Shown: piece by piece, positions 52,108 through 63,516 of the stretch
Numbering within the stretch: position 1 is the first letter of the stretch
Layout of the letters: the number at the start of each line of letters is the position of its first letter
NCBI GenBank assembly: GCA_973895155.1
Contig: OZ316895.1
Span: 7,490,184 to 7,554,183 of the forward strand
Reading direction: 5' to 3'
DNA length: 64,000 nucleotides
Source of the DNA: Marsupella aquatica
Lineage: Eukaryota; Plantae; Marchantiophyta
Notes under the pieces: generated by a model
The model's input: the letters and a program-made list of their open reading frames with translations, nothing else
The model's database searches: none
Told to the model about the DNA's origin: nothing
Translations under genes and position numbers: made by a program

Positions 52108-52710
52108 TCAATCAACACCATGTGCAGAGTGATGATAGATGTGTCTGTCACAAGCATAGCCTTTTGCTTGACGATCCTTCAAACAATGAAAGTGCCACAT
52201 GGTGGGACACCTAACACAGTGGACTATGTCCACCCAAAAATCTTCATCGTGCTGACCACATGCCTTGCACTTATGAAGTGGGCAAGTTGTGGCAAGATCG
52301 GGCAAACATGAAAAACAAAAGAACCTCACACAATATCTGTCAGGGCATTTCCTAACAAGTGGTGGAGCATCAACAGAGCCCTCATAAGACCCCAACTTCC
52401 CACACTGTGCACACTTAGCCTGCTTCTCCAAACAATCAGTGCACATCCAGCCTCCCTGGTGTGCTGACGGGAGGCCCACCCCTGGACAGTTGTTTTCTGC
52501 AGCAAGGTCAGACTCCGGGTTGAGGTGGAAATGCCTCATGCAAGGGCCCTCACATATGGCTAAGCCCCCACCATCGTCACAAATGGCACAACAATGAGCT
52601 GCCTTCTGGAAAATCTGACGTGCGGAGAAGTTACTACCATCAAGCCCAACTACACCTGTGTTGCTCACCTCTGTCCCCCGCTTCTTGGCTCGGATTTTAG
52701 GGCGTGCCAT
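52108..52710 (-). CDS. Multi-PHD zinc-finger protein resembling the EDM2/NSD-type PHD cluster (CACTA cargo)
   Basis: CAICDDGGGLAICEGPCMRHFH...C..VG...WMCTDC...CAQCGKLGS...C...C.RFF...C...CPLHKCKAC...CVRCPTMWHFHCL. Open 200-aa frame with a basic NLS-like N-terminus. Confidence 0.75.
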   Translation of the reverse strand: MARPKIRAKKRGTEVSNTGVVGLDGSNFSARQIFQKAAHCCAICDDGGGLAICEGPCMRHFHLNPESDLAAENNCPGVGLPSAHQGGWMCTDCLEKQAKCAQCGKLGSYEGSVDAPPLVRKCPDRYCVRFFCFSCLPDLATTCPLHKCKACGQHDEDFWVDIVHCVRCPTMWHFHCLKDRQAKGYACDRHIYHHSAHGVD

Positions 52711-53377
52711 GCCTACCCATGAGACAGATAGTACAATTTAGCAGAGTGCACAGACAATACAATTTAGTAGTGTACAAAAAGTACAATGTAGCATATAGAC
52801 TAGAGTGGCAATTGCTACTGCAATGAAATGATCACACACAGATGCAGAGTATACATACTTTTTGGTTTGTTGAGCCCACTCTGAAAACTGATCCCCTAGT
52901 ACAATAGCTCCACCTACACCTCAATTTTGTGGCTATGATTCACCAAAGGAGATCTGCAACAAGATTTAATGCATTTGAATCACATACAATAGTCGTGACA
53001 TGTAAAACAGGCATTTTTCGAACAGGATTGGTATCAAGCAGTGTAATCAGGGTTGTAATTTATACATCCTAAATAGGCTATGATAGTGAATGAGACAAAT
53101 AAGTTAGGCATAAATCACTTTTTCCAGGTTATCACATGGCCCATTAATTCCAGTCTTTGAAAGGAGACTTTTAAGTGAGCTTGCTAGCCTCTTAAATTAG
53201 GATATTGTACTTAGTGCAGCCATAATAGGATAAGTTATGTACTGTTGACCCTAAACCCTAGACCCAAAATTGCTCATAATTCAAAATTTTAAGTAAATAT
53301 CCTCTCTGTTCAAGTCAGAGTGTTAAGTTATAGGTTAATGGTCTTTGGTCTGTGCATGCGGTGAGACAAGTGGTCCT

Positions 53378-53827
53378 CTAGAGCGTGTGATCCAAACATG
53401 TGTAGACACCAAAGGCACCGGTGTTGGGGTCTGGGAGGGCAGGACAAGTGACATCGCCAAGCACACTACAGGATGGCGAGTGGTTCCAGATGATACATTG
53501 TGCTCTGTGCAAAAACCGACATCCAAGAGAACGGTCATCCAACTCTGGGCCAGAAGCCCTCCAAGTAGGACAGTCATATTGGCAACTGTGCACACACCCT
53601 TGGCACCTAATTTGTGGTGGGTCATGTACAAGAGACACAAATACCAAGGATGTCAGGAAGGGTACTGAAGCAGGTAGAGGCCGGCTGTAGTTGTTCCTGG
53701 CAAGAACAGGGTACTCAAAGTACCATGCAGATTGGGCTGGAAGAATCCCCAGTCTGACATACTCAAGGCGCAACATCTCTGCCTTGCGTGCAAGCCACAC
53801 ATGTTCAGCGTAGCGGGTCCTCACCAT
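53378..53827 (-). CDS. Hypothetical Cys/His-rich protein inside the CACTA
   Basis: 149-aa ORF with an ATG start, on the same strand as the other CACTA genes; CQGC..SC..C and C..H..C patterns. No family recognised. Confidence 0.35.
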   Translation of the reverse strand: MVRTRYAEHVWLARKAEMLRLEYVRLGILPAQSAWYFEYPVLARNNYSRPLPASVPFLTSLVFVSLVHDPPQIRCQGCVHSCQYDCPTWRASGPELDDRSLGCRFLHRAQCIIWNHSPSCSVLGDVTCPALPDPNTGAFGVYTCLDHTL

Positions 53828-55838
53828 AAATGTTGCTTTTGTTGTGATGTCCTCTGTTCACGTCCTTTGATGAGCAAGGCGAGCAGGAGGTCGACTTGCC
53901 TTGCCCACATCAACCAACCTGCACTTATCAGCTCCCACTCACTAAATTGGTTCCAACTAAAGGTCACAATATACACATAGCATGAAAGGTGCATAGTACA
54001 TATTTGATGCTAAGTTCCTGAGACAAAGAGCATGTATATAAAACCATGTTCTCCATGGACATGTACATAAATCATATTTGGATCCTGTTTTTTCATCCAG
54101 AAAGATCGAAAGTCTCACCTTGCAGGTTGCAGCAAAGAGAAAACTCACTGGTTGTCGTGTTGTGCAAGTGAACCTCCACTAAGGTGGCAGAAAGCAGACA
54201 AAGCTTCAAGAAGATGGGAAAGATGATCCTCGCCCATCATCCCCTATAAAATCTACACATAGGACGGACGCCCGGGGACATTTATCATGAAAATTGAAGA
54301 TCCATTCGACAACTCCATGACAGCCTATTCCGCATTGTGTCCGCCCCATGCAAGCGAGGGGTGTTCAGCCGAGCTTAGTCTAACCATGAATGATTGTTCT
54401 GGAAGCAGTTGCGACAATGTTTTGGTTTTTTTCTCCTATCCAACTCAATAGCTCACAAACATGGCATTGGACCCAATAACAAATTATACTTGCCATCATT
54501 CTCAACTGTATTACATGGCCCACACTGCTGACGTCCCTGACTCTTAAGGGAAACTCATCTCTTGGGCCAGCAACATCTCAGATTCTACAAAAATGAGAAA
54601 CTGTGAAGACTTCTTGAACTCCTATCCTGTGACTGTAGCATGTATGATTTGCTGGGACTGCAGGCAGTTCTGGATCCTGTTGCGGTTTATATACAGCAGC
54701 AACCTGAGCTCCATGAATTTTTTTTTAATAGACATGCGTTTGACCACGGCTACAACTCCAAAACAATCACCAAATCAAATCATAACAAAACCCACTCGAA
54801 AGCTGAACACTAGAACACTGGAACACACTCAAACAGGTTCTGCAAGGATGGCTCTCTGTCGGATCGGCTAGAGAATCAGGCAGGCTTCCTATTACGGTCT
54901 GCTCAAAGCCTTACACTCTGGATTAGACTCTGAATCCAAACGCGAGTCTACGCTTTCCGTTGCTGGTCACAGCGACGGGCAATCAGGATGATGCCATGCC
55001 GAGTAGAAGAACAAGAAAGCATTCCATAAAAGGCACTGAGATGAACCGTATAGTAAAAGTGGTAGTACTTCCGGTAGCGCGACCGACTCGCTATGTGACA
55101 GTCCGGAAAAAAGCTGAAAGGCTGAACTTAGGCGATAGATTCCGTGCTCAATGTGACAGGTTTTTTGAAATGATCAAGCCAAGGTGCAAAGGAAAACTGA
55201 TTGAAGGTGGCATGGGAAAGTTGTCAATGCAGGAGAAACTCTTCCCTTAGAGTAACCTTGTAACCAGGTAACAATGCAGGAGAAACTCTTGCCTTAGAGT
55301 GCTCGACGCTCCTTCAGCTGGATAGGGGCAGCTCCAAGTACACGGTCTGGTCCAATCACCGCCTGCTTTGTTACAAGAAGGTGGACTAAGCCACAGCTGA
55401 CGTCAATCATGCTATAAAATATGGACAGATGAGCCGTGCACAGTAAAAAATGGACAGATGAGCCATGTCACGGAAGCATATAGTCATTCCTCAATATTAA
55501 ACGAGACTATGAGAGGGCATATATAAGTTCACGACCAGGAAAGAGTCTCACCTTGCAGCACGGAGATTCTCAAAGCGCACCAAGATGAGTCCTTGTAGCA
55601 GGTGAATGTTGGGCGGTGTCATGTAAGGCGCAAATCAATAGCTCGCTACCTCCTGTCTCCCCGTCTGTCTCCCGTGCACTTCTGCCTCCCCGTCCGACTT
55701 CCCGTCTGTCTCCCACGTACTTAAATTGAAGTTTTAACAAAAACTATCAACACCAAGTGCAGCAAATGCCAACATATTCACATTGCAGAGCATAAAAGTA
55801 GTCACAGTTCATGAATCAGTTCCCTATTGAATCATGGG

Positions 55839-56340
55839 CACTACGCCGAGCACTGCGCAAGAGACTGGGATAGACACTGCAAACATGGGGACTTTTGTTT
55901 GGCAAGAAATCTGGACATCAAACCTTCAGCAGCGGCAACGGGAAGCATTACATCAGACGAGTGGACATCAAATGAGCAGTCCAATTATAGGCAAACGGCG
56001 ACTGACATAGCAGAGGGAAAAAATGTGCATTGACATAGCGGACATGCGCGCATTGACATAGCGGAGGGGAGCAAAACTACATAAGCCAAGTGACCTTTTT
56101 AAGGCCCACAATTTCAAGGGGAGGGACAAAGAGAGCAAGCACTCCAATCTCTTCAATCCCTTCCGCAAGTAGCCGCCGAAATCTACTTCTTGGGGTCCAG
56201 CCCACGGATGTAGATCATGCAAGGTGGTCAATCACAGTAAGTGTAATCACTACGCCGAGCACTGCGCAAGAGATTGGGACAGAGACTGCAAACATGGGGA
56301 CTCACAGGCAAGAAATCTGGACATCAAACCTTCAGCAGCG
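55839..56340. repeat. ~95-bp direct repeat inside the CACTA
   Basis: cactacgccgagcactgcgcaagaga...ggcaagaaatctggacatcaaaccttcagcagcg at 55839-55933 and 56248-56340. Confidence 0.85.
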
Positions 56341-57433
56341 ATCGATGGGCCTTAATTCACAGGTCCCCCGACTCGGTCCCTTGTTGCAGCTCGCCCAGCT
56401 CCACAACACCATAGACAAGGAGTTCGCAGGTCCAGTTTCCACCACGCAGCGTTAGCAAAACAAAAATGCTTGATCTTCGCCCTCCGCCCTCCGCCCTTTG
56501 CCCGAACCCCAAAAGATCACAAGCGCAGCTCCAACATCCAACCGGCAACCCTCCCCCGAGCTTTGTTAGACAAAAATCAGCACAGCACAACTGAGCTCGA
56601 CGGAAATAAGCTCAGCACCCACCGCAGCTGAACAAAGCTCACACAAGAGCTCATACGGGAGCTCGCTGTGGGAGTAAAAGAAAAATAGGAGGGCCGATGG
56701 CAGCCCGCAACTCCCACACCCTCCTCCTTCACAACTCTGGCGAGCTCCTTTGCAACTCCAATGCAAACTACTATCCACAATTGTAAATGCACATCGATCA
56801 GCCAAACCTAAACCCTCCCACTGAGCTCAGACTCCCGCGCAGCACTCCCGCAGTAGCACTCCTGCAACAACACATTGCACAGCACTCCCGCAGCACATTG
56901 CACATCCTCCCGCAACACTTTGCACAGCGCTCCCGCAGCTCCTGGAGACCTGATTGAAGCCTTGATTGCACACTCTTGAGGCAAAACAGCAGCGCAACCT
57001 TGCTAAACCCCTTGACCCTCTTGCCCTAAACGCTGAGTGGCAAACACTAACCGCAACATTCAACGTTGAGCCTCGATACTTTGTGAGAAAAGTAAAACAC
57101 GACTGAAAGGCGCGAGGGTGAAAAGGGTGCAAAGAGCCGTTTGGCGCCAACCTTACTATGACATGGCAGCCCCTAGAGTGATCTCAGCCATCCGGATGAA
57201 AAGAGATTGCCTTGAGTGATCTCGACCATCAATATGCAGGTTTCATGTTAACCCCAGGCCCCCATTCCCTCTACTTCAAGTGTCTAAATTAATTACACTC
57301 CAAGCCTTGTCTAGCCCCTAAAAAACTAGTGCTAAGTCATGACTACTCGGCCCTCTCAAAGTATAGCCCAGCTGAGTAAACTTCCAATATGCGACTTTTT
57401 GATGGTGGGGATCGATGGACTCCATCCAATGGT

Positions 57434-57925
57434 CCCTAAACCCCCCATCCCCTTAACCCTAAACCCCCCACCCTTGACATCTCAACCCTCCACCCTTGAC
57501 ATATAAACCCCCCCTAAACCCCCTTTAGTGAAAACTCAGCCACCCCCACACCTTGACATATAAACCCCCTAAATGTCTTGACAACTCGACTGTGGCCAGA
57601 CTGTTTTTGCAATGCCACGGGCCGTTTTAGAGCGCCGCTTGCAAGCTCAGGATCAATGAAGCATGTTGCCTCCAGCTCTCCAAATCCTCCCAAGGCAGCA
57701 AACAAGTTAGGGTCCACGGTCCCTGTTCGTTTACCCTAAATCGCTGCGTCACTATTTCAATTGAGTGTTCTCTGACCCTAAACCCCCTTTACTGACCCCC
57801 ACCCCCTTGAGACCTAACCGGCCCACCCTTGGCATATAAACCCCCCTAAACCCCTTTAGTGGTGAACCCCCACACCCTTCGCATGTAACCGGCCCACCCT
57901 TGAGCCCTAAACCCCCCCAAACCCA
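57434..57925. repeat. C-rich subterminal repeats containing plant telomere-like CCCTAAA units
   Basis: Multiple ccctaaacccc and ccttgacatataaacccccctaaa motifs in two clusters near the right end of the CACTA. Confidence 0.7.
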
Positions 57926-58282
57926 CTATGGAGTATATTCAAAATTAGGGAATTTCAACATTTACGCCGTTTGTCCGTGTTCAAGTTAGCGGGATGTTGG
58001 TAAAGAGGTCGTCAAATGAATTGTGCCCCCCCCCATATGCCCATTATCAAATTAAAGCCCACAACTAAACCCTACAACCCATCATGTGCTAGAGTGTTCA
58101 TACATTCACAAAGAAGGGTACTTTTCATAGTCTTATCCAAAACCAAAAAGCACTCACAGTCTTTTGTAGTGTTCATGTGAACCGTGGCAATGGTTTCGAG
58201 TCATTTAAGGTTGCCAAAAAGGACTTAGTGGCCTTAGTCCTATAAGGTTTGGTCTAAATTGCCCCGGTTTCTACTAGTGGAG

Positions 58283-59092
58283 CAAGCTCTGATTGACCAT
58301 CGTACTACTTCTCGCGATCATCCTGAGGCAGATGGATTGGCAGAGAGAGTTATACAAACTGTGAAGAGAGGATTGCGCAAGTATGGCTTGCAGGTTGGTC
58401 ATTTGGGAGACTGGGATCTCCAACTACCTTGGTTAGCTATGGGCTACCGTTTCAGTCGACAAGCATCACTTGCATCCTTCTCACCCTATTTCTTGCTCTA
58501 TGGTAGAGAGCCAGATTTGCCAGCGGCTATTCGTCATGATGTTGCAACTGTTGTGGATTTGGATGATCCAGATATTTGGGTAAAGGTTTGTTCAAAGAGG
58601 GCACGAGTTTTTGAGAGAGTCATGCCCATGGCCTTTGACAACCTTGCTATTGCCCAGCATCGTGATACTTTGCGGTATGCTACTATTCGTGGAGGAGGTT
58701 ATTGCACGAGGATTAGGAGATTTCATCCTGGCAATTATGTTTATTTGCAGCAGACAGCACCAACAATGCTTGATGTGACTGCAGGGCGGACAATCTTGTG
58801 TGTGCGTGAAGTGTTGCCTTCTGGAGTCCTTATGTTGGAAGGGCGTGATGGTATGGTTTGGAAGGATCACGTGCATAATTGTGCGTCATGTCACCTTCCA
58901 AACATTGATGGCACTATGGATCCAAGCTTTGCACATGTTCGTGCTAGCTTGAAGTGTATGTTGTGTGGGTCTGCTCGGGAAGCAGCTACTATGTTGATTT
59001 GTGATAGGTGTTCTAGAGGATGGCACATGTCATGTTTGACACCACCCTTGCAACATGATTCCTAGCAGATCATGGTTTTTTCCTCAATGTCG
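58283..59092 (+). pseudogene. Integrase, 3' part (catalytic Glu) with a C-terminal PHD finger
   Basis: HPEADGLAERVIQTVK...WDLQLPWLAMGYRFS...SPYFLLYGREP, then CMLCGSAREAATMLICDRCSRGWHMSCLTPPL...WFFPQC (C4HC3, frameshifted tail). Confidence 0.9.
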
Positions 59093-59262
59093 GTGATGCC
59101 GACTAGTTATCATTTGTGTTCTTGTGGAAGATATAGATTGCAGGTAGGTGATCGATGGGGCTCACTTGCACCCGGCCTCCTGATCTTCGCACCTAAAAAG
59201 GTGTATATTAACCTTGTAGAACTCATGGCTAGCTAGAGTTAGGGGACCTCACTCCCAGCTAG

Positions 59263-59407
59263 GGGGGCGATTGTGAGTTTTGGGCATGTGTGGACATTGG
59301 TTCCATTTGTACTCCATTCTCTTATGTTTGTGTTAGTGGATTGTGACTATGCTTGGATATGTGTGACAAGCAATGTATGTTGAGTAGCGATGTGTATGCG
59401 CACGACA
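59263..59407 (+). repeat. Repeat B1 of the retroelement
   Basis: gggggcgattgtg...tgtatgcgcacgaca, repeated at 59739-59887. Confidence 0.92.
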
Positions 59408-59409
59408 AC

Positions 59410-59738
59410 TGTCACACCATTTAGAGTGGTAGTAAAGTATATCGTACTATCTAGGGTATAGAGGTTTTGTATGTGTGCTATATGAGCACTTTGTGTTTAG
59501 TTTGAGTTGGTGTGAGGGATAGTTATCCCCTTGTGTTGGCTCAAAGGCCTCATCTTTCAATGTTGAGCCTTTGAGCATGAGCTTGGTGGCTATGGTGTGG
59601 CTGACCAGGTTGTGTGCATGTAACGTGGATTCCTTGAAGCACAAGGTGCGTTGGGCTTGACATATATGTGTGATCGCGTCGGATGGGATCGATGTTGGAT
59701 TAGCACTGATCGTTGTTCGATTTCATCCATTGAAGATT
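59410..59738 (+). repeat. Repeat A2 of the retroelement
   Basis: Near-identical to 31337-31663. Confidence 0.93.
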
Positions 59739-59887
59739 GGGGGCGATTGTGGGTTTTGGGCATGTGTGGACATCAATTGGTTCCATTTGTACTCCATTCT
59801 CTTATGTTTGTGTTAGTGGATTGTGACTATGCTTGGATATGTGTGACAAACGATGTATGTTGTGTAGCGATGTGTATGCGCACGACA
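59739..59887 (+). repeat. Terminal repeat B2 of the retroelement
   Basis: Copy of 59263-59407; ends ...cacgaca and is immediately followed by the TSD cctt. Confidence 0.92.
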
Positions 59888-60424
59888 CCTTTCATAGAGG
59901 ACAACATGCTGGTGAATTTCTACAAGGTGAATTCCTACAAGTCCCTCCAGTCATTGTAGTGCTTTGTCACCTTACTCAAAATTCATTGGGTCTTATCCCC
60001 ATCATGGGTCCATTTGAGGCTGCGAGCCCAACATAGCAACCATGTCATTTGCTTGAATGCGCATTAGCATCCACATCTATCCAAGGTAGAATCCAGAGTT
60101 GATTGTTGATTGTGCATCACAATAATTGTACCGGGTGCATGGATTCCTCCAAGCAAGCAATGAGAAAACTATATATTCGAATACCAAAACCTAAACCAAT
60201 ATACATGTGCATAGTTATAATCAAAAACTTAAACCAACACGTAGAAAAATAGCACAAACAACAGAACATAACCAATAGTCAAATGCGTGAACGGTAATTG
60301 AGCTGTCAAATTTTTAAATATGAATAGTTACATGTGTCATGTCAATGTTTTAGGCCAACTGACCAGATACTCTTGGATTCTTGTGATGCACTGATCGCAT
60401 ATGATCCAAAAACATCTACTTCTT
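59888..60424. repeat. Right arm of the foldback palindrome
   Basis: Reverse-complement match to 30745-31240, e.g. ttggattcttgtgatgcactgatcgcatat...aacatctacttct. Confidence 0.8.
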
Positions 60425-63405
60425 GACAAAATGTTTATTCTATGAGTATTATATGAGTTCAGGATTAGCACACAGGGAAGAGAATAGGCAGCAGACAAAC
60501 ATCAGGCAGACCAAAACCAGATTTATTTTTACTTTAGAAGATATTCATCCATTTTTGAAACAGAGAAAACCCAGCCGTATACTGTTGAGATCTTTCTTTT
60601 GATCACTACATGGCCTTCTGAAATGGACAAGTGAGATGGCTAGATGCAAACAAAAATGTGGCCAAGATAGAAGAAATTCAAATGTGGATGGAAATCTCAG
60701 GAATTTGAAATCAATCAAATGAATAAGATTGAAAATGTTTGTTTTCCTTTTTTTCTCTCTTTTAGCACTATGTTTGGCGATAATTTCTAATTACCAAGCG
60801 TAGATCTTGGTGGGACCCTTCTTTTGAGCCCTTGATTGCATCAAATTGAGTAGGTGCGCTCTGGGATGAGAGCAAATCCAATGGCTGCTGAGAGGCATAG
60901 AGAGTGCCTTGCATTCTTCGAGGGAGGAATCAGTTTAGAATGAGCTGTGCATGTGGCACGGGACGTGATTTAATTACCACCATCAACATGACTCTCCTTG
61001 GACCCGGTGAAGACCCAAATTCCTTACCACTTATGAGAGGAATTGTCTCCTCTCATAAGTCCCCACACATAAAGCACTCATGTAAAGTAAGTGTGGTAAC
61101 TTTCACAAATGGTTGCCCCATAATTCTTCTCTATCATCCCATTTTAATGACAGTCCAGAAAGTGCTTCACCACACTACTGTATATAGATAATAATGTCTT
61201 GTTTAGAGGGAATTGTGTGATATAATGCCCCAAAAGAAAGATAAGAGTTTCATCTCAAGTTTTGAGGGGCTATTATTGGCCACAATGCACAGAAAACAGG
61301 ACCTTAATACACTTAAATGGTCTAAGAGGTTTTTATCATTACTAATTTTAGGAAACGAAAGGAATTTTTTCCAAACCAGGTGATTGAAATCTTGACTGGG
61401 CATTCGTCTTCCATAATGCCCTCAAAAGGACAAAGGGAAAAATTAAGAAGGGTGTTATATACAGTAACATCCTTTTTATGTGGCAGCCAATGGTATGCCT
61501 TGCCCAATGCCCTTTAATTCCTCTCTATCCTTCCATTTGATTCAACAGTACAGTACAGAAGTTTACTTAAAGGCCTAAGAGATTAAAAAACAAAATTTAG
61601 TAAAAGTAGAAGAAAAGTTTCATAATACCCAGGTCCAAATAGGTGCATTCTTCTCTATAAAGCACCAAAAGTTAAAAAAGTAAAAAATAATGAAAAAAGT
61701 TAAAGGTAAAAGTCTCTGAGGAGGGACTTTTCCCAGGGGAATGCCCAAAACCCCCCTGCCTGCCCGAGAGGCTTCATTAGGGAGTCTCAAAGTTCCAAAG
61801 TTCAGAGTTGTTAACTTGGAAGTTCTGGGTTACAAACACAATCCGGATGGACTTTAATTTAAGTATTCTGTAAATTTCTGTTCTTAACAGACATCCATAA
61901 GATATGGCCATAAGTTAGCTTCATGAGGCACATTTTTTTTTAAGTCACCTGATGACAAGAATAGTTAAAGTCAGATATTATGACCAGAACCTGTTTGCCC
62001 TATTGCTCAAGGATTGGACACACTGGGAATACTTTAAAATAACTGAGTCATGACCTAACTTTTCTAACTTTATTGTTGAGTCAAACAAAGATGGTTTCTT
62101 CCAAGACTCCATTATGCTCTCTTCCCTATTCTCTCCCTACAGTTTCTTCTGATAAAGAGCTTCCAATCTACAAATGAAAATCTCAGGTAGGGCCTAGAGT
62201 AATATACTGGCTCCCAGAGTCTTCAGGACTTTAAGTCAAGAATCCAGGATACAGAGGAAAATGATGCCAAAAAGCAAGGTTGTATATTACTTTGAAGTCT
62301 CCTTAGCTTGGATGTCCTTGGACAACCTTGAGCATTCAAATCTAACCAGGATCTAACCATGTCACAATTCCGGGCACAATTCTGAGTGGTGAAATAATGA
62401 ACCCCGCCAACAAATGGGAACAGGCAAGTATAAATTATTTTCATGAGATGCAAGGGATGGATGACAACAAATAGCTGGGGGAGGTCACTTTCTTCTCACC
62501 TAACTTGAATCTGGCAGGGTCACAACACCTAACTGTGGGAACCATAAGAAACTGGAGTTCATCCTCGTATCAACTCAATGGATGACAACATATAATAGCA
62601 GGAGGCCACCTTTTTATCACCTAAACAAGCCCAAAACGGTGCGTTGCACAATTGTCATTGCAAACATGTTATCATTGTGTGGCAATGCCCATGCGCCGCA
62701 CATAAATGCAAAGGTGAGGCAAAGAAGCGTGGCCGACGCAAGGAACTGTTGTTGTTCACTCCTTGTCATTCTTTCAGGTGGGTGGTTGTTGCTGTAAAAG
62801 TGTTGTCATTTTTAGTTGATGTTGTCATTGCAAGTGATGGAGGGCAAGGGGCACATGAGATTGTGGGGGAGCCCAAAATGGGTGGGCATCCTGGGATCTA
62901 GGCATGGTGGTGTGACACTGCATGGATTCTCTTGCCGCCACCCCCCCTCCCATTTTCCCTTGTTCTCCACCTCCCTCATGCCCTCATTTCTCTCCTTCCT
63001 CTCTCATTCTCTCCCTCCCTTGCTCCGTGCCATGCTTTTCTCCCTCCCTTGCTCAGGGCCATGCTTTTCTTCCCTTCCATACTGTTAGAGAAAGAGAAGA
63101 CAAAATAGGAAGAAGAAAGCAAATTAACACAAAAGAAATTTAAAGAGGTATTCTATGTTGCGAGAAAACAGGAGATTTTGATAGCGAGTAAATGTTATTA
63201 GCGAGACACTAATGGTTTCAAATTTCATTTGCTTTTTGGTGCCATTTCTATTTTTTGTGTTTTTTAAAGACTCCATATGGCTAGCGAGCTCGCTAGCAAA
63301 AAGGGGAGTCCCCAAGAGGGATGTTACCAACCAGGTAGTTGATAGCGAGGCAGTTGGATGTGGAAAAACAGGGGTCGTGCAAGATATTTTTTTGCTCGTG
63401 TGAGT

Positions 63406-63516
63406 AAAATTTTTACTGGTTGCTTGCACGTTACTATAACCCAAATTTAAAGCTCCCCACCAAAATTTTACTGTTTGCTCGCACATTACTATAACCCAAA
63501 TTTAAAGCTCCCCACC
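63406..63516. repeat. ~56-bp tandem duplication
   Basis: aaaattttactg.ttgct.gcac.ttactataacccaaatttaaagctccccacc occurs twice. Confidence 0.85.

Larger units (their letters stand above)
40233..58279 (-). mobile_element. CACTA (En/Spm) DNA transposon, 18047 bp
   Basis: Perfect 18-bp TIRs CACTAGTAGAAACCGGGG; 3-bp TSD gag at 40230-40232 and 58280-58282; subterminal (ac)gact/agtc repeats. Excision rejoins the integrase as FEGLCE-QALIDH. Confidence 0.97.
31337..59887 (+). mobile_element. Decayed Ty3/Gypsy-type retrotransposon (gag-PR-C5 MTase-RT-RH-IN-PHD) with split direct repeats; ~9.9 kb after removing nested insertions
   Basis: Termini TGTC...GACA; 4-bp TSD cctt at 31333-31336 and 59888-59891. 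RT-RH-IN domain order. Removing the element restores the flanking palindrome. Many premature stops and a few frameshifts. Confidence 0.9.

Noticed and set aside
31337-59738. Conventional LTR pair A1/A2
   Set aside because: A2 does not end in CA and is not followed by the TSD. The element end and TSD come only after B2, and no PBS follows A1.
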